DNA of 64,000 nt from the NCBI GenBank assembly GCA_963788195.1, contig CAWBGA010000008.1, positions 32,001 to 96,000 on the forward strand. The letters run 5' to 3'. The DNA comes from Nitrospirota bacterium (GTDB lineage Bacteria > Nitrospirota > Nitrospiria > Nitrospirales > NS-4). The notes beneath the pieces were generated by a model that made no database searches, was not told the DNA's origin, and saw only the letters and a program-made list of their open reading frames with translations. Made by a program: the position numbers and the translations under genes. Positions 1 through 11,388 of this stretch are shown one piece after another. Within the stretch, counting starts at the first letter, position 1. Every line of letters starts with the position of its first letter.

Positions 1-1286
1 TCTTTAAGTTTCTTGAATGCCGTACACGCGGCCTTCACCGTCTTGGCAATATCCCTACCCGTGTGCTCAGTCGAGAGAAACAGCGCCTCAAACTGAGAGG
101 GCGGGAGATAAACCCCTTCTTCCAGCATTGCTCGAAAGAAGCGTGCATACGCAACGGTATCGGACTTTTTCGCCGACGCGTAGTCGGTGACGGGCCCGGC
201 AGTAAAAAACATGGTCAGCATCGAGCCGACCCGGTTCACGGTCACGCCGACACCCAATTCACGGGCTGCCTCCAGCAGTCCGTCGGAAAGCAATCGCGCA
301 CGCTCCTCCAGTTGCCGGTAGAGGCCGGGCTTTTTCAATAGCTTTAAGGTCTCGATCCCGGCTGTGACCGCGAGCGGATTACCCGACAGGGTCCCTGCCT
401 GGTAGACCGGCCCTTCCGGGGAGATCAGCTTCATGATCTGGTGGGTGCCTCCGTACGCTCCTACCGGCAGACCGCCACCAATAATTTTCCCCAGGCAGGT
501 AAGGTCTGGCGTCACGCCATATCGCAACTGAGCGCCGCCGTAGCCCAGCCGAAAGCCGGTAATGACCTCATCGAAGATCAGCACGATGCCGTAGTGGCGA
601 GTCAGATCCCGGAGTCGCTCGAGAAATGACCCGTGAGGCGGGATAACCCCCATGTTGCCTGCGACAGGTTCCACGATGACACAGGCAAGCTTGCCGGAAT
701 ACATCTCCAAAATCCGTTCGACCCCGGCGATGTCGTTGTAAGCGGTTGTCAGCGTATGTTGCGCCAGGTCTGCCGGTACGCCGGGGCTGTCCGGCATGCC
801 CAGGGTGGCAACGCCTGAGCCGGCCTTTACGAGCAGGGAATCGGCATGCCCGTGATAGCAGCCTTCGAATTTGAGAATCGCAGTACGCCCGGTATAGGCC
901 CGCGCTAGGCGAATGGCAGTCATTACCGCTTCGGTCCCAGAATTCACAAGCCGTACCCGCTCCATCGACGGGACAGCCTCGACGATCATTTGCGCCAACG
1001 TCACCTCCAGCGCTGTGGGCGCACCGAAGCTCGTCCCGCGAGCCGCCGCCCGCGCAATCGCCTTGATCACGGGAGCCTGAGCGTGGCCCAGAATCATCGG
1101 CCCCCAAGACATCACGTAGTCGATGAAAGCATTGCCGTCAGCGTCGTAAATGCGCGCTCCTTTGGCACGAGTGATGAAATGCGGAGTCGTCCCGACGGCC
1201 TTGAACGCCCGTACTGGGCTATTAACGCCGCCCGGCATAAGTCGCCGGGCCGCTTCAAAAAGCTTCTTGGAGGCAGTGGTCTTCAT
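1..1286 (-). CDS. hemL: Glutamate-1-semialdehyde 2,1-aminomutase (3' end runs off the window)
   Basis: Not in the ORF track because the stop is outside the window. Manual translation from ATG 1286 gives [28 protein letters not shown]...[13 protein letters not shown]...[18 protein letters not shown]...[10 protein letters not shown]. Confidence 0.95.
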   Translation of the reverse strand, partial: MKTTASKKLFEAARRLMPGGVNSPVRAFKAVGTTPHFITRAKGARIYDADGNAFIDYVMSWGPMILGHAQAPVIKAIARAAARGTSFGAPTALEVTLAQMIVEAVPSMERVRLVNSGTEAVMTAIRLARAYTGRTAILKFEGCYHGHADSLLVKAGSGVATLGMPDSPGVPADLAQHTLTTAYNDIAGVERILEMYSGKLACVIVEPVAGNMGVIPPHGSFLERLRDLTRHYGIVLIFDEVITGFRLGYGGAQLRYGVTPDLTCLGKIIGGGLPVGAYGGTHQIMKLISPEGPVYQAGTLSGNPLAVTAGIETLKLLKKPGLYRQLEERARLLSDGLLEAARELGVGVTVNRVGSMLTMFFTAGPVTDYASAKKSDTVAYARFFRAMLEEGVYLPPSQFEALFLSTEHTGRDIAKTVKAACTAFKKLK

Positions 1287-1355
1287 TAAGTGGGCGCCGA
1301 CTCTAACACGCGTGGTTATTGAGGTCAAGGAACAGCAATTCTGGTACAATCGCCT

Positions 1356-2760
1356 ATGCGTCGCGTCAAAGTTGTCGCCACAATAGGACCGGCTTCTAAC
1401 TCGCCGGCCGTCCTCAAACAGCTGATCGGAGCGGGCATCGATGTTGCCCGCCTGAACTTCTCGCACGGCACGCATGAGCAGCATGGCCGGACAATCCAGG
1501 CCATCAGGGCAGCGGCCGAGGCGACGGGGCGCCCTCTCTCAATCCTTCAAGATCTGCAGGGCCCTCGTATTCGTATCGGGGAATTGTCGGCTCCCGTGTG
1601 GGTATCGACCGGTCATTCTCTGACGCTGAGCACGCAAGAAGTCCCGCCTGAAGGGCATGTACCGGTCACGTATCCACATCTGTCTTCTGATGTGAAGCCG
1701 GGGGATCGAATTTTAATCGACGACGGGCGGATCGAGCTCATTGTAGAAGATTCTTCTGAAGAGACGGTGGTCATGCACGGTTGTGACTCCCGGCGTCATT
1801 AAATCCCACAAGGGTATGAATCTCCCGGGTATCGCCGTGTCTGCTCCAACTCTGGGAGAAAAGGACCGCGCGGACCTCATCTTTGGCCTAGGGCAAGGCG
1901 TGGATTACGTCGCCCTGTCATTCGTCCGCCGACCCGAGGATGTCACAGAAGCACGCGAGTTCATCAAGGCTCGGTCAGCAGACGTGTCTCTCATCGCAAA
2001 AATTGAACGTCCTGAGGCCGTCGAGCGCCTGGCGGAAATCCTGCAGGTCGCAGACGGGATCATGATCGGCCGCGGGGATTTAGCCATCGAGACCAGCCCG
2101 GAAGCCGTTCCCTTGATTCAGAAGCGGATCATTCAAGCATGCAATCAGAGCCGTGTGCCCGTCATTACCGCGACCGAAATGCTGGAGTCCATGACTGCGA
2201 ATCCACGCCCCACTCGCGCGGAGGCCTCGGACGTGGCGAATGCGGTCTTCGATGGGACGGACGCAGTCATGCTCTCGGAGGAAACAGCGGTAGGCCGGTA
2301 TCCAGTCGAAACGGTCCAGACCATGGTCCGGATCGTGGAGGCGGCCGAGGGAAGGGACTCAGGCAAAATCACTGACGTGCCGGTACGATTCCCTGTTTCT
2401 TTTCCGATTGCGGCCTGCGCGGCGGGCGCGCGGGCGGCAACTGAGACAGCTGCCAAGGTCATTGTCGTGTTCACGGAAACCGGGATGACAGCCCGTCTTC
2501 TCTCCACGGAACAGCCAGGGGTCCCGATCATTGCCTATACACCTCACGAGGCCGTTCGCAGGCGGATGGCGCTCTACAAGGGGGTCGTCCCAAGGTCGAT
2601 GCGGCGAATTCCCAATACCGATGAGCTAATTCATGAATTGGAGCGCTCGCTTCGTGAAGAAAAATTCGCACAGACCGGCGACCGTATCGTTGTTCTGTTA
2701 GGGGCGAAGACCGGGACCAGCGGCAGCACCAGCCTGATTAAACTTCATACAATCGGATAA
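1356..2760 (+). CDS. pyk: Pyruvate kinase, split by a +1 frameshift near 1773 (probable sequence error)
   Basis: ORFs 1356-1802 ([29 protein letters not shown]) and 1783-2760 ([36 protein letters not shown]) are the two halves. Removing one base restores VVCTVVTPG. Confidence 0.92.
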
Positions 2761-2848
2761 TACATAGCCTGGATTCAGCGCCGCAAGGCCGGCTGAGGAT
2801 AACGGGACCGCTAACGCTTTGGGGTTTCGTCTGGTATAATTTTGCTCA

Positions 2849-3490
2849 ATGCAAGCAGTCGATCTTCTTATCTTCGACCTGGACGGCACTCTCATTGAAT
2901 CCAAGTGGGACATCGCCGCAGCGGTGAATTTGACCCTGGCCGACTTGAACCTTCCGCAGCGCTCCCAGGAAGAGATTTTTAGTTTTGTTGGCGACGGAAT
3001 TAAGCGCCTTCTTCGCGCCGCGGTCGGGGAGGACAATCAGGAGCGGTACGAAGACGCGCTCAAGGTCTTTCGCAGTCATTACCTGGCGCACTGCCTGGAT
3101 TGCACCAAGTTTTATCCTGGGATCGAGACCGTCTTGACCCATTTCGCGGGGAAGCTCAAAGCCATTGCGACTAACAAATCCCTTGAGTACACCACCAAAA
3201 TCGTGAACAGTCTCGGCGCTCATCATTTTTCCTATATCGTCGGCGGAGACGACGGGTACGGCCTCAAACCCGACCCTAGAATGCTGGCCAAAATCATGGA
3301 TGAGCTGTCGGTGGCCAAGGACCGTGCCGTCCTGATCGGTGACAGCACCAATGATATCAATGGAGGCCATAACGCCGGCATTAAGGTCTGCGCTGTCGGG
3401 TACGGCATGGGAGACCGCGAAAAAATGAACGCGTGCCGACCGGACTGGTTCATTGAGAAACCAGAAGAGATGATCGGGTTATTCAAATGA
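2849..3490 (+). CDS. HAD-family hydrolase, phosphoglycolate-phosphatase-like
   Basis: Motifs FDLDGTL, ATNK, KP and IGDSxxD. Confidence 0.85.
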   Translation: MQAVDLLIFDLDGTLIESKWDIAAAVNLTLADLNLPQRSQEEIFSFVGDGIKRLLRAAVGEDNQERYEDALKVFRSHYLAHCLDCTKFYPGIETVLTHFAGKLKAIATNKSLEYTTKIVNSLGAHHFSYIVGGDDGYGLKPDPRMLAKIMDELSVAKDRAVLIGDSTNDINGGHNAGIKVCAVGYGMGDREKMNACRPDWFIEKPEEMIGLFK

Positions 3491-3505
3491 CGCATGTCCC
3501 GGAGA

Positions 3506-3592
3506 CCGTTCGCACTGAGCTTGTCGAAGTGCTCTGGGAAGTCTCAAAAAGAACCCTTCGACATGCCCTTCGACTTGGCTCAGGGTCAACGG
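3506..3592. repeat. Palindromic REP-like element (family A)
   Basis: CCGTTCGCACTGAGCTTGTCGAAGTG ... CCCTTCGACTTGGCTCAGGGTCAACGG form imperfect inverted arms. The left arm recurs at 23726-23750. Confidence 0.75.
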
Positions 3593-3608
3593 AGAGGTAA
3601 GGTGAAGC

Positions 3609-5153
3609 ATGTATCGGGCGATCATCATCCTGTTGTTCCTGTTCCTTCCTGTCGCCGCAGATGCCGCGAATCTGGAAGAGCGGGTGGTAGAGCATCACCT
3701 GAAAAATGGGCTGACACTGTTGGTCATGGAGCGCCATCTGGCGCCGATAGTCGCTGTGAACCTCACGTTTAAAGTGGGCAGTGTGAATGAGCATAGCGGC
3801 ATTACGGGAGTGGCGCATCTCTACGAGCACATGGCCTTCAAGGGAACGCGCACATTGGGAGTGACAGACGCGGAAAAGGAGAGGCCCCTGCTGGAGGAGA
3901 TGGATCGCCTGTCAGAGGCGCTCGCCGCCGAGATCGCGAAAGGCGAAGCCGCCGACAAGTCGCGGCTCGCGAGCCTTAGAGAGCAATTGACCAAGGTGGA
4001 TGAGCAAGCGCAGCGCTACGTGGTCCCGAGCGAACTCGCATCCTTGTATCAACGCCACGGCGGCGTGGGTCTGAATGCCACAACCGGCAAGGATCTCACT
4101 CGCTACTTTCTAAGCTTGCCGGCCAACCGTCTGCCGCTGTGGGCAGTCATCGAGTCGAATCGCATGAATGACATCGTCCTGCGTGAGTTCTACAAAGAGA
4201 AACAGGTCGTACTCGAGGAGCGCCGGATGCGCACCGATAACTCTCCGAGCGGGAAACTTTACGAGGCATTCACGAGCGCGGCGTATATGGCTCATCCCTA
4301 CGGTCTGCCGGTCATCGGGTGGCCATCGGATCTTCAGGCATTGACACGTGGCGAGACTCAGGCGTTCTTCCAAACCCATTACGGCCCCGCGAATGCGGTG
4401 ATCGCCGTTGTCGGCGACGTTGTTCCTCAGGAGGTGATTACGCTTATCGAGGAGACTTTCGGACGTATTCCACCGCGGCCGCCGAGCCCGCCCGTCCAGA
4501 CTCAGGAGCCGGCATCCGCCGGGGAACGACGAGTGGAAGTGGAATACGAGGCCGAGCCGGCCTTTTTGATCGGATTTCACAAGCCCGCAATCGGGCATCC
4601 GGACGATGACGTCTTCGAAGTCATTGAAGCGCTCCTGTCTGATGGCCGGACGTCACGCCTCTATCGGCGGCTCATCGATGAGCGACAGCTCGCGGCCGGG
4701 GTCTCTGCTTTTTCCGGCTTTCCGGGGTCGCGCTATCCGAATCTGCTCGTCATTAGCTCTCTGCCCCGGTCGCCCCATACGACCGCTGAACTCGAGCAGG
4801 CGGTCTACGAAGAGCTCGATGCTCTGAAGAATGAGCCGGTCAGCCGTCGAGAGCTGGAGAAGATCTTAAACCAGGTCGACGCCGCAGAGATTCGATCCCT
4901 TCGGTCCAACAACGGCATGGCCTCGCGTCTGGCCTACTATCAGGCGATCACCGGAGACTGGCGGGAGATCCTGCGAAAACGGACACGAGTGTCGAAGGTG
5001 ACACCTGAGGATATCCAACGCGTCGCCAGGGCGTACTTTGTGAAGAGCAACCGGGTAGTCGCCACACTGGTTCGACCGACCCCACCCTCTGCTTCTTCTG
5101 CACCGAAAGCACCCCCTGCGGCGACGCGTCCTCAAGGAGACGGAAAGTCATGA
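3609..5153 (+). CDS. M16 family zinc peptidase, catalytic subunit, exported
   Basis: Signal peptide, HLYEH (HxxEH), NATT, EKQVVLEERR and HPYG motifs. Confidence 0.9.
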   Translation: MYRAIIILLFLFLPVAADAANLEERVVEHHLKNGLTLLVMERHLAPIVAVNLTFKVGSVNEHSGITGVAHLYEHMAFKGTRTLGVTDAEKERPLLEEMDRLSEALAAEIAKGEAADKSRLASLREQLTKVDEQAQRYVVPSELASLYQRHGGVGLNATTGKDLTRYFLSLPANRLPLWAVIESNRMNDIVLREFYKEKQVVLEERRMRTDNSPSGKLYEAFTSAAYMAHPYGLPVIGWPSDLQALTRGETQAFFQTHYGPANAVIAVVGDVVPQEVITLIEETFGRIPPRPPSPPVQTQEPASAGERRVEVEYEAEPAFLIGFHKPAIGHPDDDVFEVIEALLSDGRTSRLYRRLIDERQLAAGVSAFSGFPGSRYPNLLVISSLPRSPHTTAELEQAVYEELDALKNEPVSRRELEKILNQVDAAEIRSLRSNNGMASRLAYYQAITGDWREILRKRTRVSKVTPEDIQRVARAYFVKSNRVVATLVRPTPPSASSAPKAPPAATRPQGDGKS

Positions 5154-6605
5154 TACGGCGCATGTTCTGTGTGGTGTTTTCTTTTTCTTTTTTGATGACC
5201 GTCCTGGCGACGTCTTCCGTCCTGCCTGCACCCGCCGTTGATGCCCGTGATCCCCGAACGATGAGTTTTGAGCCGGTACAGATCCCGACTCCAAAAGCTG
5301 AACGTGTCGTGCTTGAAAACGGGATTGTCGTATATCTCTTGCCCGATACTGAACTCCCACTTGTCACCCTGTCCGCCTTGGTCCGCACCGGATCGGTCTA
5401 TGAGCCTGGGGACAAAACCGGCGTCGCCGAACTCACCGCCACTGTGATGCGCATCGGCGGCACTCAGCGTATGAGCGGGGATGAGATCGACGAGACTCTG
5501 GAATACCTCGCGGCAAATGTGTCGATCGGCATCGGCCATGAAAGCGGGGGCGCGACCCTCGACATTTTGAGGAAGGACTTCCGCCAGGGTCTTGCGATTT
5601 TTGCCGATTTGCTCCGCCGCCCGGCCTTTGAGGCCGGCAAAATGGAACGGGCGAAACGCCAGGCCCTTGAGTCCATTCGTCGACGAAACGACAACCCTGC
5701 AGGAATCACCGCTCGCCAATTTCGGAAATTGCTCTACGGCGCTGACCACCCGTTTGGCCGCGAGAGCACGACGGCGACGATTTCCCGAATTACCAGGGAC
5801 GACCTGGTTGACTTTCATCGCACCTTTTTCATGCTCCAGGGAGCTGATGCTCGCGGTCAGCGGGGACTTTGAAAAACAGGAGATGCTGACTGCGCTTCAG
5901 GAAACCTTTGGGGACTGGCCTGCGAAGCACGTGCCCCTTCCGGTCATTCCTCCTCCCACGACCGCGACGCCTGAGGGGCGCACCTCCGTATTCATCGTTC
6001 CCCGCAACTTGACGCAGACCCATCTGCGGCTGGGGCAGTTGTCGGTGTTCGAAAATGATCCTGACTACTTCGCGCTGGCTTTGTTGGATAACATTCTGGG
6101 AGGGAACTCTTTCACGTCGAGGCTGTTTCGCGATGTCAGAAACCGTCAGGGTCTTGCCTACTCTGTGGGGAGCGCGCTCAGGCCGGGGCACCTGGTCCCC
6201 GGCGCACTGCTCCTTCATGCCTTGACGAAAGCGCCGACGACTTACCAGGCGTTAAACAGCATGCTGGAACAGTACAACCGTCTGCGGGAGGAGCCGGTTT
6301 CAGATCTGGAGCTGCAACTGGCCAAGGACGCATTCCTGAACTCCTTTGTCTTCTCGTTTGCGGATGCGGGGCAAATCGTCGGCCGATTAATGGAATTGGA
6401 ATACTTTGGCCTACCTCCGGATTTTCTCCAACAATTTCGCGATGGGGTCGTGCGGCTTACAAAAGAAGATCTCCTGCGCGTCGCGCGGAAACATCTTGAT
6501 CCTAGCCGCCTTATTATTCTGGCGGTCGGCAAGGACGAAGATTTCGAAAAGCCACTCACGGCTTTCGGCCGGGTCACCGTCTTATTGCTGAAGCCAGAAG
6601 GTTGA
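5150..6605 (+). CDS. M16 family peptidase, non-catalytic partner; +1 frameshift near 5835
   Basis: ATGA overlap with the upstream gene, signal peptide, no HxxEH. The second half (ILGGNSFTSRLFRDVRNRQGLAYSV) is in a shifted frame, and the combined length is 3n+1. Confidence 0.85.
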
Positions 6606-6608
6606 AAC

Positions 6609-6732
6609 ACGGGAAAAGGCGTCTTGGCACCCGGGGTGGGTGGGTGCAGTGGGAAAAGAAATCTGTCCGGCAGATTTCAGGCCACGGGAGAAACGAGCTC
6701 GTCTTGGCGAGCTCGGGGGTAGGGTGGGTGTG
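6609..6732. repeat. Modular intergenic repeat (family B)
   Basis: Contains GGGAAAAGGCGTCTTGGC, AAAGAAATCTGTCCGGCAGATTTCAGG and GAAACGAGCTCGTCTTGGCGAGCTCGGGGG. Related modules occur near 30.3, 39.3, 51.5, 53.1 and 55.0-55.3 kb. Confidence 0.75.
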
Positions 6733-6747
6733 ATGGAGGGTGCAATC

Positions 6748-6936
6748 TTACTCGAATTCAGTCGGCAGGATCTGGTAGACCAGCTCTAAGTCAAAGTCAT
6801 CGATCAGCGTATTAGCGGTTTCCCGGCCCAGTGATGAGCGGACTTCATTGATGACGAGATCGATGGCCGGCCCCGCATGAGCCCCATACGAATCGATCGC
6901 GCTCTGAATCCGTTGCTTCGCCTCATCAATCGTCAT
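6748..6936 (-). CDS. Small conserved-looking hypothetical protein (62 aa, MTIDEAKQRIQ...)
   Basis: ATG 6936 overlaps the TPR gene stop (ATGA). The sequence looks like amphipathic helices. Confidence 0.65.
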   Translation of the reverse strand: MTIDEAKQRIQSAIDSYGAHAGPAIDLVINEVRSSLGRETANTLIDDFDLELVYQILPTEFE

Positions 6937-7700
6937 ATGTGTTCGCGACCCATCCTTTCCAGACTGGCCACATCCTGTGGATATTGCGGCAATCCATAAC
7001 GGGTATCCATGAGAACCACACGCTCCAAGCACCGCAGCGCTGATTGCCGATTGCCGGCCTGCTCATAGAGATCCGCTAAGAGCCGCAACACGGCCGCCTC
7101 TGCGGGCTCGTTTCCCAGTTTGATGAAATGCTCCGTGGCATTGTTGAGGCATTTCTCAGCTTGACCTCTTCTGCCGGCCTCTAGAAATGTCTTTCCCAGT
7201 TGGCTATAGGTCGTCGCCAGGCCTTCTTCGTCTCCGACGGCACGATGCAGTTCCAGAGCTTTCGTGAAACTGCCAATGGCCTGCTCCGTTTTTCCGGCTG
7301 TGGCCTCCTGTAGCGCCAGCGTGGAATAGAGGACCCCAAGCGCTCGTCGATCTTGAAGCGGCTCGAGAATATCCATGGCCTCAAGATAATATGCTTGAGC
7401 GCGCTCGGGGTTGCCTGCCTCGGCTTGGAGATTGCCGAGATTCACCAGTGTCTGCCCAATCGCGGCTTCGTTATGCTGCTGTCGTTGGATCTCCAGAATC
7501 TCATGATAACACCGTTCCGCCTCGGAGTAATCGCCGAGCATCGCACAGATGTTCCCGAGATTTCCCAAAGTATCGGAGAGTTCCTGCGTAGCGTCTCCTT
7601 GTCGGTCGTCCTTCAGTGCCTGCTCGTAATAAAGACGTGCCTGCGTGAGGTCACCGCGGTGAAGAAAGATCCGCCCTCTCTGTTTATCCGCTTCGGCCAT
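6933..7700 (-). CDS. Tetratricopeptide repeat protein
   Basis: Repeated LGNLG/A..YY..AL TPR pattern. The start is probably ATG 7700 (MAEADK) rather than the ORF's 7880. Confidence 0.85.
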   Translation of the reverse strand: MAEADKQRGRIFLHRGDLTQARLYYEQALKDDRQGDATQELSDTLGNLGNICAMLGDYSEAERCYHEILEIQRQQHNEAAIGQTLVNLGNLQAEAGNPERAQAYYLEAMDILEPLQDRRALGVLYSTLALQEATAGKTEQAIGSFTKALELHRAVGDEEGLATTYSQLGKTFLEAGRRGQAEKCLNNATEHFIKLGNEPAEAAVLRLLADLYEQAGNRQSALRCLERVVLMDTRYGLPQYPQDVASLERMGREHI

Positions 7701-7880
7701 TACACCCGGCCCACCCTGGAGTTTGCCAAGACAAACTCCTTTGTCCCCTGAAGGGTTACCTGCTGGAATACGCATGTTGACGATAGTCTTCCAACGGCTC
7801 GGGGTCAATAAAAGGGGGCAGAGTCCGATTTTCGATGCACACAGCCTCATGAAAGTTATAAACTTTGGGGAAAGGACCAC

Positions 7881-8705
7881 ATGTTAGAAGACGACTTCTG
7901 CGACATCATTAAGAAAGCGCGAACCGGCCTTGGTTTAAGTATTGAGGAGATCGCCGCGCATGCCAGGCTCTCAGCCTCAGCAATTCGAGAGCTCGAGGCC
8001 GGACGGCGTTCTCCTGATCGGTCAGAAGTCCCGGGCATCGCCTCGGCGCTTGCTTTGGATGGCACGAAATTGGCGTCCATTGCGTGCGATGCCTGGACAC
8101 CTACTTTGCCGCTGCACGATGACGCCGTCACTACCATAAACGGCGATATCGGGGGTTACGCCGTCAAAGGCTATATCCTGCGTGATGCGGAGAGCGCAGC
8201 GGCCGTCATTGTTGATACAGGCTATAACCCCGACGCAATGCTGACGGCGCTCGAGCGAGAAGGTTTGCGGTTGAAGGCTGTGTGTCTGACTCATGGCCAT
8301 CACGATCATGCCGGGGGGCTGGATCAGATCCTCGCAAAGTTTCCGGTGCCGGTTCACATCGGCGAGGAGGACTGGGCCCTCCTGCACTGGAAGCCTCCTC
8401 TCTCTTTACGCAGATTTGTGAAGGACGGCGATGGCGTGGACCTCGGCACAACGCGCTTACGTTTCTTGCGGACGCCAGGCCATACTCCCGGCGGCGTGTG
8501 TTATCAGGCACCGGGGTGCGTTTTCGTAGGAGATACCTTGTTCGCAGGCAGCATCGGCCGGGCAAACCCTGCGACGCTTTACAAAACCCATCTTCAAAGC
8601 GTGCGAGAAAGACTCCTTGTACTGCCCGACGATCTCACGCTGTTCCCCGGCCATGGCCCGTCCACGACGGTCGCAGAGGAGAAGGCGCACAATCCCTTCG
8701 CATAA
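7881..8705 (+). CDS. MBL-fold metallo-hydrolase with N-terminal XRE-type HTH
   Basis: IKKARTGLGLSIEEIA...IRELEAGRR HTH, then THGHHDH, TPGHTPG, GDTLF and PGHG. Confidence 0.9.
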   Translation: MLEDDFCDIIKKARTGLGLSIEEIAAHARLSASAIRELEAGRRSPDRSEVPGIASALALDGTKLASIACDAWTPTLPLHDDAVTTINGDIGGYAVKGYILRDAESAAAVIVDTGYNPDAMLTALEREGLRLKAVCLTHGHHDHAGGLDQILAKFPVPVHIGEEDWALLHWKPPLSLRRFVKDGDGVDLGTTRLRFLRTPGHTPGGVCYQAPGCVFVGDTLFAGSIGRANPATLYKTHLQSVRERLLVLPDDLTLFPGHGPSTTVAEEKAHNPFA

Positions 8706-9128
8706 AGCTCCGCAAATCCCGAGGCGGGTCCTGTCGGCAACCAGCCCAGCCGTGCTCACTTCAACGCAGACGATTCGTATCGCGCGGCCGGGCGCCCCGG
8801 TTTGCCGCCACCCACCTCTAGCTTTGACTCCGCTAACTGAAAGTCAAATTCAGCGTGAATTCGCTAACGCGGCCTAGAGGGATGCAGGAAGCACACACAA
8901 TCTAAAGATCTTTGTCTGCTAGGTGAATTACCAGAGGGGAGAAAAGGGACAGGCTCCTAGCCCACGCGGCTTTTGTTAAGTGATTCCACGCATTGTCCTG
9001 TCTAATCTGTAAGGTGCGTCGACTCCCGTTCGGACAGATCACGGTTATGTGTATTGACCGCACACAGAAACCGCTGGCGTATTGCACAGCGCCTGTCCTG
9101 CCCGCGCGCACACGTGCGGGCTGATGTG

Positions 9129-11030
9129 CTAATTCGTCGAACGTTTTTCATCATAGCGGCGAACGAGGTCGGAGAATGACGGGCACGTGATAGTTGTATC
9201 CCGCAGCAATTCCTCCTCAAGTGTTGTCAGCGGACAGGTGCCGCCCGCGATGCGGATTTTGGCGCAGTCGATGGCGGGCTTGTACACTGTCCCAATCACA
9301 TACCCCAACCAAAAGGCTTGCCGCACTTGTGTAGGGCTTAGCTCGGAGAGCGTGGTGAAGCCTCGCACCTTGTGCTGGATCTCAGCAGCGGTTTCCGTTT
9401 CCTTGTCTGCGAATAGGCATCGCGGATAGCGCTTCAAGACACTTTCCATAGCCATCGCAGTCATGGGCATCGCCACGGAAACGAGCTCCATGGGCGCTCC
9501 CTCTTTCAGCTCAGGATCAATCCCAGCATAGGACACAAGGCCAGTCTGCATGCTGACCGGCTCCTTTGTAATCCACGAGAGCGGCTCGCGCACGCCAGTG
9601 TAGCGGACGTAGAGGTCGCGGTGAAACACCTCGTACGCGACGCTCTGGCTCTTGCTCAAAAGAGTCACGATGTCCACCCGGGGCCGTAGCGCGCCTGGCG
9701 TGCCGTAGCCGCCGGCATCTGAGATGATCAGAAGCTGAGGCTTTGCCGGCAGCGTTCCATTCGCCTTCCTGAGCGTTAAGTAGCGCCGCAAGCCCTCGAC
9801 GCCGAAGTTTTCATACACGCCGCCATCCACGAATCGCCTTGCCTTGACCGTGTTCAAATCCGGCTCTTCGCTGTTCACCACCCATGGAACCGTTACGGGC
9901 TGAAACGGACCCGGATACGCACCGGATGCCCCTACGACATCTGCAACCAGGATCGTTTCATCCAAGGATTTTCCGTCCACGGCGGCCGCGGGCGCGCGGC
10001 CTTTGAAGAACACTTCACGCGCCGCGTAGCTCTCAACTTCGAGATCCGTCGCATTCACAAGCAGCAACGGCACATCGGGCAGATCTTTCAGACGCGCATC
10101 GCCGTAAAACGCCCGCCTGAAATGATTGCGCTGGATATGGCTGGGGGGCGGAAGGATAAGATCTTGGAATAGCGAGAACACGTTCAGCACCATGTCCGTC
10201 GCCAACCCGGGCGTCTTCTGCGCGAGATGCTGCGCAAACTCGACGGGTGGAATGCCGAGCGCATAAGCTGCGCCGATGATCGAGCCACCGGAGACGGTTG
10301 TCAGTAGATCGATCCGCACGCACTGTTCATCCAAGGCCGTAAGCAGACCCGCATGCGTCAGAGCGGCCCGATAGCCTCCGCCTGACAGAGCCACCGCCAC
10401 GCGGATTGGCTCTTCTGATTTCGAGCCAGTGCTGCAGCGCGCGAGGGCGGGCGTTGTGGACTGAGCTTTTTCGGTGGACACCGTTTTCCAATACCAAGTC
10501 GCGATCGTGTCTGCCGACGACACATAGCTCAATGCCAAAGAGGCACTAAGCCATCCCAACACCGCCGGCGCCAGTAGGAGCGCCAACGATACATAGCCCC
10601 TGTTGCGGTTTCGCTCGCCTATTGCGAGAAAAAGAAGACCCCCCACCAAAAGTGCGACGACGCTGGTGAACCACCGATTCTGCCACGCCAAGTGCAAGAA
10701 ACCGCTGAAAAGGACAAGGGGAAAGAGTGATGATACAAGCCCGACGGCAAGTAGCCACCATGGCAGTGTCGAACTTGGAGAGTCTTCCACTAACGGCTGC
10801 TTGTTCGATCGAATCTTCCGGACAATCACCCAGTCAAGAATCGCAGCGGTTCCGGCCGCAACTGAAAAACCAAAAATAAGCGGGCCCCACGGACCGCCCA
10901 GATACCACCAGACCCCGCTCAGCGCGAGGTTCAAAACAAGCTGCCCGATGACAAGGAAGAGGAGGAGTTCGTACTGCGCCCGCCGAACGTCTGCCTGCCG
11001 ATCTTCCTCAAGGAGCGCTTTATAATCCAT
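9129..11030 (-). CDS. Membrane-anchored patatin/cPLA2-like phospholipase
   Basis: About five hydrophobic segments, then ALSGGGYRA, TVSGGS and VDGGVYEN. Start placed at ATG 11030 because the upstream part overlaps a RelE remnant. Confidence 0.8.
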   Translation of the reverse strand: MDYKALLEEDRQADVRRAQYELLLFLVIGQLVLNLALSGVWWYLGGPWGPLIFGFSVAAGTAAILDWVIVRKIRSNKQPLVEDSPSSTLPWWLLAVGLVSSLFPLVLFSGFLHLAWQNRWFTSVVALLVGGLLFLAIGERNRNRGYVSLALLLAPAVLGWLSASLALSYVSSADTIATWYWKTVSTEKAQSTTPALARCSTGSKSEEPIRVAVALSGGGYRAALTHAGLLTALDEQCVRIDLLTTVSGGSIIGAAYALGIPPVEFAQHLAQKTPGLATDMVLNVFSLFQDLILPPPSHIQRNHFRRAFYGDARLKDLPDVPLLLVNATDLEVESYAAREVFFKGRAPAAAVDGKSLDETILVADVVGASGAYPGPFQPVTVPWVVNSEEPDLNTVKARRFVDGGVYENFGVEGLRRYLTLRKANGTLPAKPQLLIISDAGGYGTPGALRPRVDIVTLLSKSQSVAYEVFHRDLYVRYTGVREPLSWITKEPVSMQTGLVSYAGIDPELKEGAPMELVSVAMPMTAMAMESVLKRYPRCLFADKETETAAEIQHKVRGFTTLSELSPTQVRQAFWLGYVIGTVYKPAIDCAKIRIAGGTCPLTTLEEELLRDTTITCPSFSDLVRRYDEKRSTN

Positions 11031-11055
11031 GGTTGCCGGAGCGAGTCCCTTCTGA

Positions 11056-11190
11056 CTACCGATACGCATCTTTGCGATGGCCGATTCTGAGCACTAGTAT
11101 GACCAGGAGTTATTGCTGGATCTCGTAAATGATCCGGAACTTCCCGCTGCGTCCGCGGTACAGTCCGTTAAACTCGCCGGTTGCTTACTC
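11056..11190 (-). pseudogene. RelE/ParE-family toxin C-terminal remnant
   Basis: Manual translation gives TGEFNGLYRGRSGKFRIIYEIQQ*LLVILVLRIGHRKDAYR*, with an internal TAA at 11110-11112 and no recognisable N-terminus. Confidence 0.75.
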
Positions 11191-11294
11191 ATTAGAATTC
11201 ACTTGCGAAATAACCGGCATTCTGTCTCACACCGGATGGAACTGAAGAGGAATCAATATGCACCAAGAGATGAGGTGACAACACTACGACTTCC

Positions 11295-11310
11295 TGGCAA
11301 TATTCACGCT
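11295..11310 (+). promoter_or_regulatory. Candidate sigma-54 (-24/-12) promoter of the PEP-CTERM gene
   Basis: TGGCAATATTCACGCT has GG-N10-GC spacing about 80 nt upstream of the ATG. The -12 element is imperfect. Confidence 0.5.
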
Positions 11311-11388
11311 CCATTATTCTTCTCTGACCGCCAACATGGATGTGAGCGTTAATCTGAGTGCTCAACAAATAACCGCCAAGGAGGAGGC

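Noticed and set aside
63..1386. Short track ORFs in the first 1.3 kb
   Set aside because: They overlap hemL, which occupies the minus strand in one continuous frame.
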